The notes below the pieces were generated by a model. It was not told the origin of the DNA and did not search any database. It saw only the letters and a program-made list of their open reading frames with translations. The translations under genes and the position numbers were made by a program. Shown one piece after another: positions 62,092 to 64,000 of a stretch of 64,000 nucleotides of DNA. The stretch is from Sporomusaceae bacterium (GTDB lineage Bacteria; Bacillota; Negativicutes; Acidaminococcales; JAJUGR01): NCBI GenBank assembly GCA_029265905.1, contig JAJUGR010000005.1, positions 2,553 to 66,552 on the forward strand, in the 5' to 3' direction. The first letter of the stretch is position 1; each line of letters begins with the position of its first letter.

Positions 62092-62667
62092 GTGATGAAA
62101 TTGGTTTTGGCATCTGCGTCACCGCGCCGGGTGTCGTTGCTGAGGCAAGTGGGCTATAAGCCCGTTGCCTGCCCGAGCAATTTTTCGGAAGAACCGGTTG
62201 TTCAGGGCGAAAATCCTGCTGACTATGTGAAGCGGCAAGCTTTGCAAAAGGCGAGGGAAGTCGCGGCCCGGCAGCCGGACGCAAGCGTAGTGCTAGCGGC
62301 TGATACGGTAGTTGTCCTGGAAAATGAAATCATCGGCAAGCCGGCGGATGCCAGCGAGGCCGTGGCAATTTTGAGGCGGCTTTCCGGGAAACGCCATGTG
62401 GTAATGACCGGCGTCGCCATTATTGCAGAACACAATGAGTGGCAGGAATGCGCGTCGACCGCCGTTTACATGCGCGCGTTGCCGGATTCGTTAATTGACT
62501 GGTATGTCGGCACGGGTGAGCCATTGGACAAGGCGGGCGCATATGGGATTCAAGGCAAAGGCGCCCTGCTGGTGGAAAAAATCGAAGGTTGCTATTTTAA
62601 TGTCGTTGGCTTGCCGCTGGCAATTGTCGCCGACCATCTCGAACAAAGCGGGGTGCAGCGCGAATGA
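62092..62667 (+). CDS. maf: Maf-family nucleoside triphosphate pyrophosphatase (septum formation inhibitor)
   Basis: MKLVLASASPRR..LAADTVV..AGAYGIQG.. Both the GTG at 62092 and the ATG at 62095 are possible starts. Confidence 0.9.
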   Translation: MMKLVLASASPRRVSLLRQVGYKPVACPSNFSEEPVVQGENPADYVKRQALQKAREVAARQPDASVVLAADTVVVLENEIIGKPADASEAVAILRRLSGKRHVVMTGVAIIAEHNEWQECASTAVYMRALPDSLIDWYVGTGEPLDKAGAYGIQGKGALLVEKIEGCYFNVVGLPLAIVADHLEQSGVQRE

Positions 62668-63350
62668 AAACTCTGCGGGAATTGCCGGCCGAGGAGCGGC
62701 CGCGCGAACGGCTCGTGGCGCACGGCAGTGCTTCGCTGACGACGGCGGAGTTGCTGGCGGTCCTGCTGCGCACCGGACGGGCAGGTGAGACGGCGTTGGA
62801 AATTGGACGCTCCTTGGCGGCGCTGCCCGGCGGGCTGGCAGGGCTGTCGCGCCTGACAGCGGCGCAATTGGCCGAGATTAAAGGCATTGGCCCGGCTAAG
62901 GCGGTTACGATATTGGCCGCGCTTGAACTGGGGAAGCGTTGTGCGACGCAGAAAACGCCGGATAAGCTGACGATTCGTTCGGCTGCCGACGTCGCTTCAT
63001 TTGTTATGCCGCGCCTGCGGTATGAGACCAGGGAGCATTTTTTGGCGCTCCTGCTGGATACGAAGCATCATGTGATCGATATGCCGGTCATTTCGATTGG
63101 CACGCTGGATATGTCGGTTGTTCATCCTCGTGAGGTGTTTTTCCCGGCGGTTGTACAGCATGCGGCGGCGCTTATTTTGGTGCACAATCACCCGAGCGGT
63201 GAGCCGACGCCGAGCCGGGAGGATCATCTCGTGACCCAAAAACTGATCAAAGCGGGTGCGATCTTTGATATCCCGGTTCTCGACCATCTTGTCGTCGGGG
63301 ATGGCTGTTATGTCAGTTTTAGCGAAAAAGGGTGGATGACCGAGAGCTAG
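62664..63350 (+). CDS. radC: RadC-family JAB-domain protein (UPF0758)
   Basis: ..ELPAEERPRERL...AELLAVLLRTG...LILVHNHPSGEPTPSREDHLVT.. (JAMM-like motif). The start overlaps the maf stop. Confidence 0.9.
   Translation: MKTLRELPAEERPRERLVAHGSASLTTAELLAVLLRTGRAGETALEIGRSLAALPGGLAGLSRLTAAQLAEIKGIGPAKAVTILAALELGKRCATQKTPDKLTIRSAADVASFVMPRLRYETREHFLALLLDTKHHVIDMPVISIGTLDMSVVHPREVFFPAVVQHAAALILVHNHPSGEPTPSREDHLVTQKLIKAGAIFDIPVLDHLVVGDGCYVSFSEKGWMTES

Positions 63351-64000
<650 letters not shown>

Overview
The window looks like a densely packed, co-linear chromosomal core region of a moderately GC-rich anaerobic Firmicute. About 60 CDSs tile it almost completely. The gene content is Firmicutes-type: AddAB, SepF, YlbF, DUF896, DUF4321-Maf-RadC-MreB, a PyrR attenuator and clostridial-order rnfCDGEAB. 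An outer-membrane-dependent pgaABCD locus sits at the left edge, so a diderm Firmicute (Negativicutes-like) host is my inference. Main content, left to right: pgaA(partial)BCD; an orphan LarA-family protein; two tandem TerC paralogues, each behind its own yybP-ykoY Mn2+ riboswitch; fba; an RluA-family synthase; uracil permease behind a PyrR attenuator; 1Fe superoxide reductase; aspartokinase; an aminotransferase; a TGS-uridine-kinase fusion; a carboxyltransferase; a DUF896-MFS-[FeFe]-hydrogenase-like operon; an ACT/DUF711 pair; nth; DJ-1/PfpI; addBA; an MBL hydrolase; an SGNH hydrolase; an MFS plus two SSF transporters; a glucosaminidase; trmL; ylbF; murB; a beta-CASP RNase; typA; a sepF-like gene; dnaE; etfBA with a ferredoxin-domain EtfA; pyk; an acyltransferase; dat; tRNA-Leu(CAA); a SIMPL protein; rseC-rnfCDGEAB with NusG_II and Gx-transporter genes; and DUF4321-maf-radC-mreB(partial). 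I found no rRNA, CRISPR array, transposase, integrase, phage genes or recognisable defence system. I cannot honestly point to one clear novel system. The best second-look candidates are the duplicated FMN-binding RnfG, the twin Mn-riboswitch/TerC module, the DUF896-MFS-hydrogenase-like operon, AddAB with Cys4 motifs in both subunits, the Fd-domain EtfAB with no partner dehydrogenase, and the ACT/DUF711 pair. All protein calls come from motif and family recognition by eye, with no database search. The many long antisense ORFs in the track are treated as GC-rich shadow ORFs.
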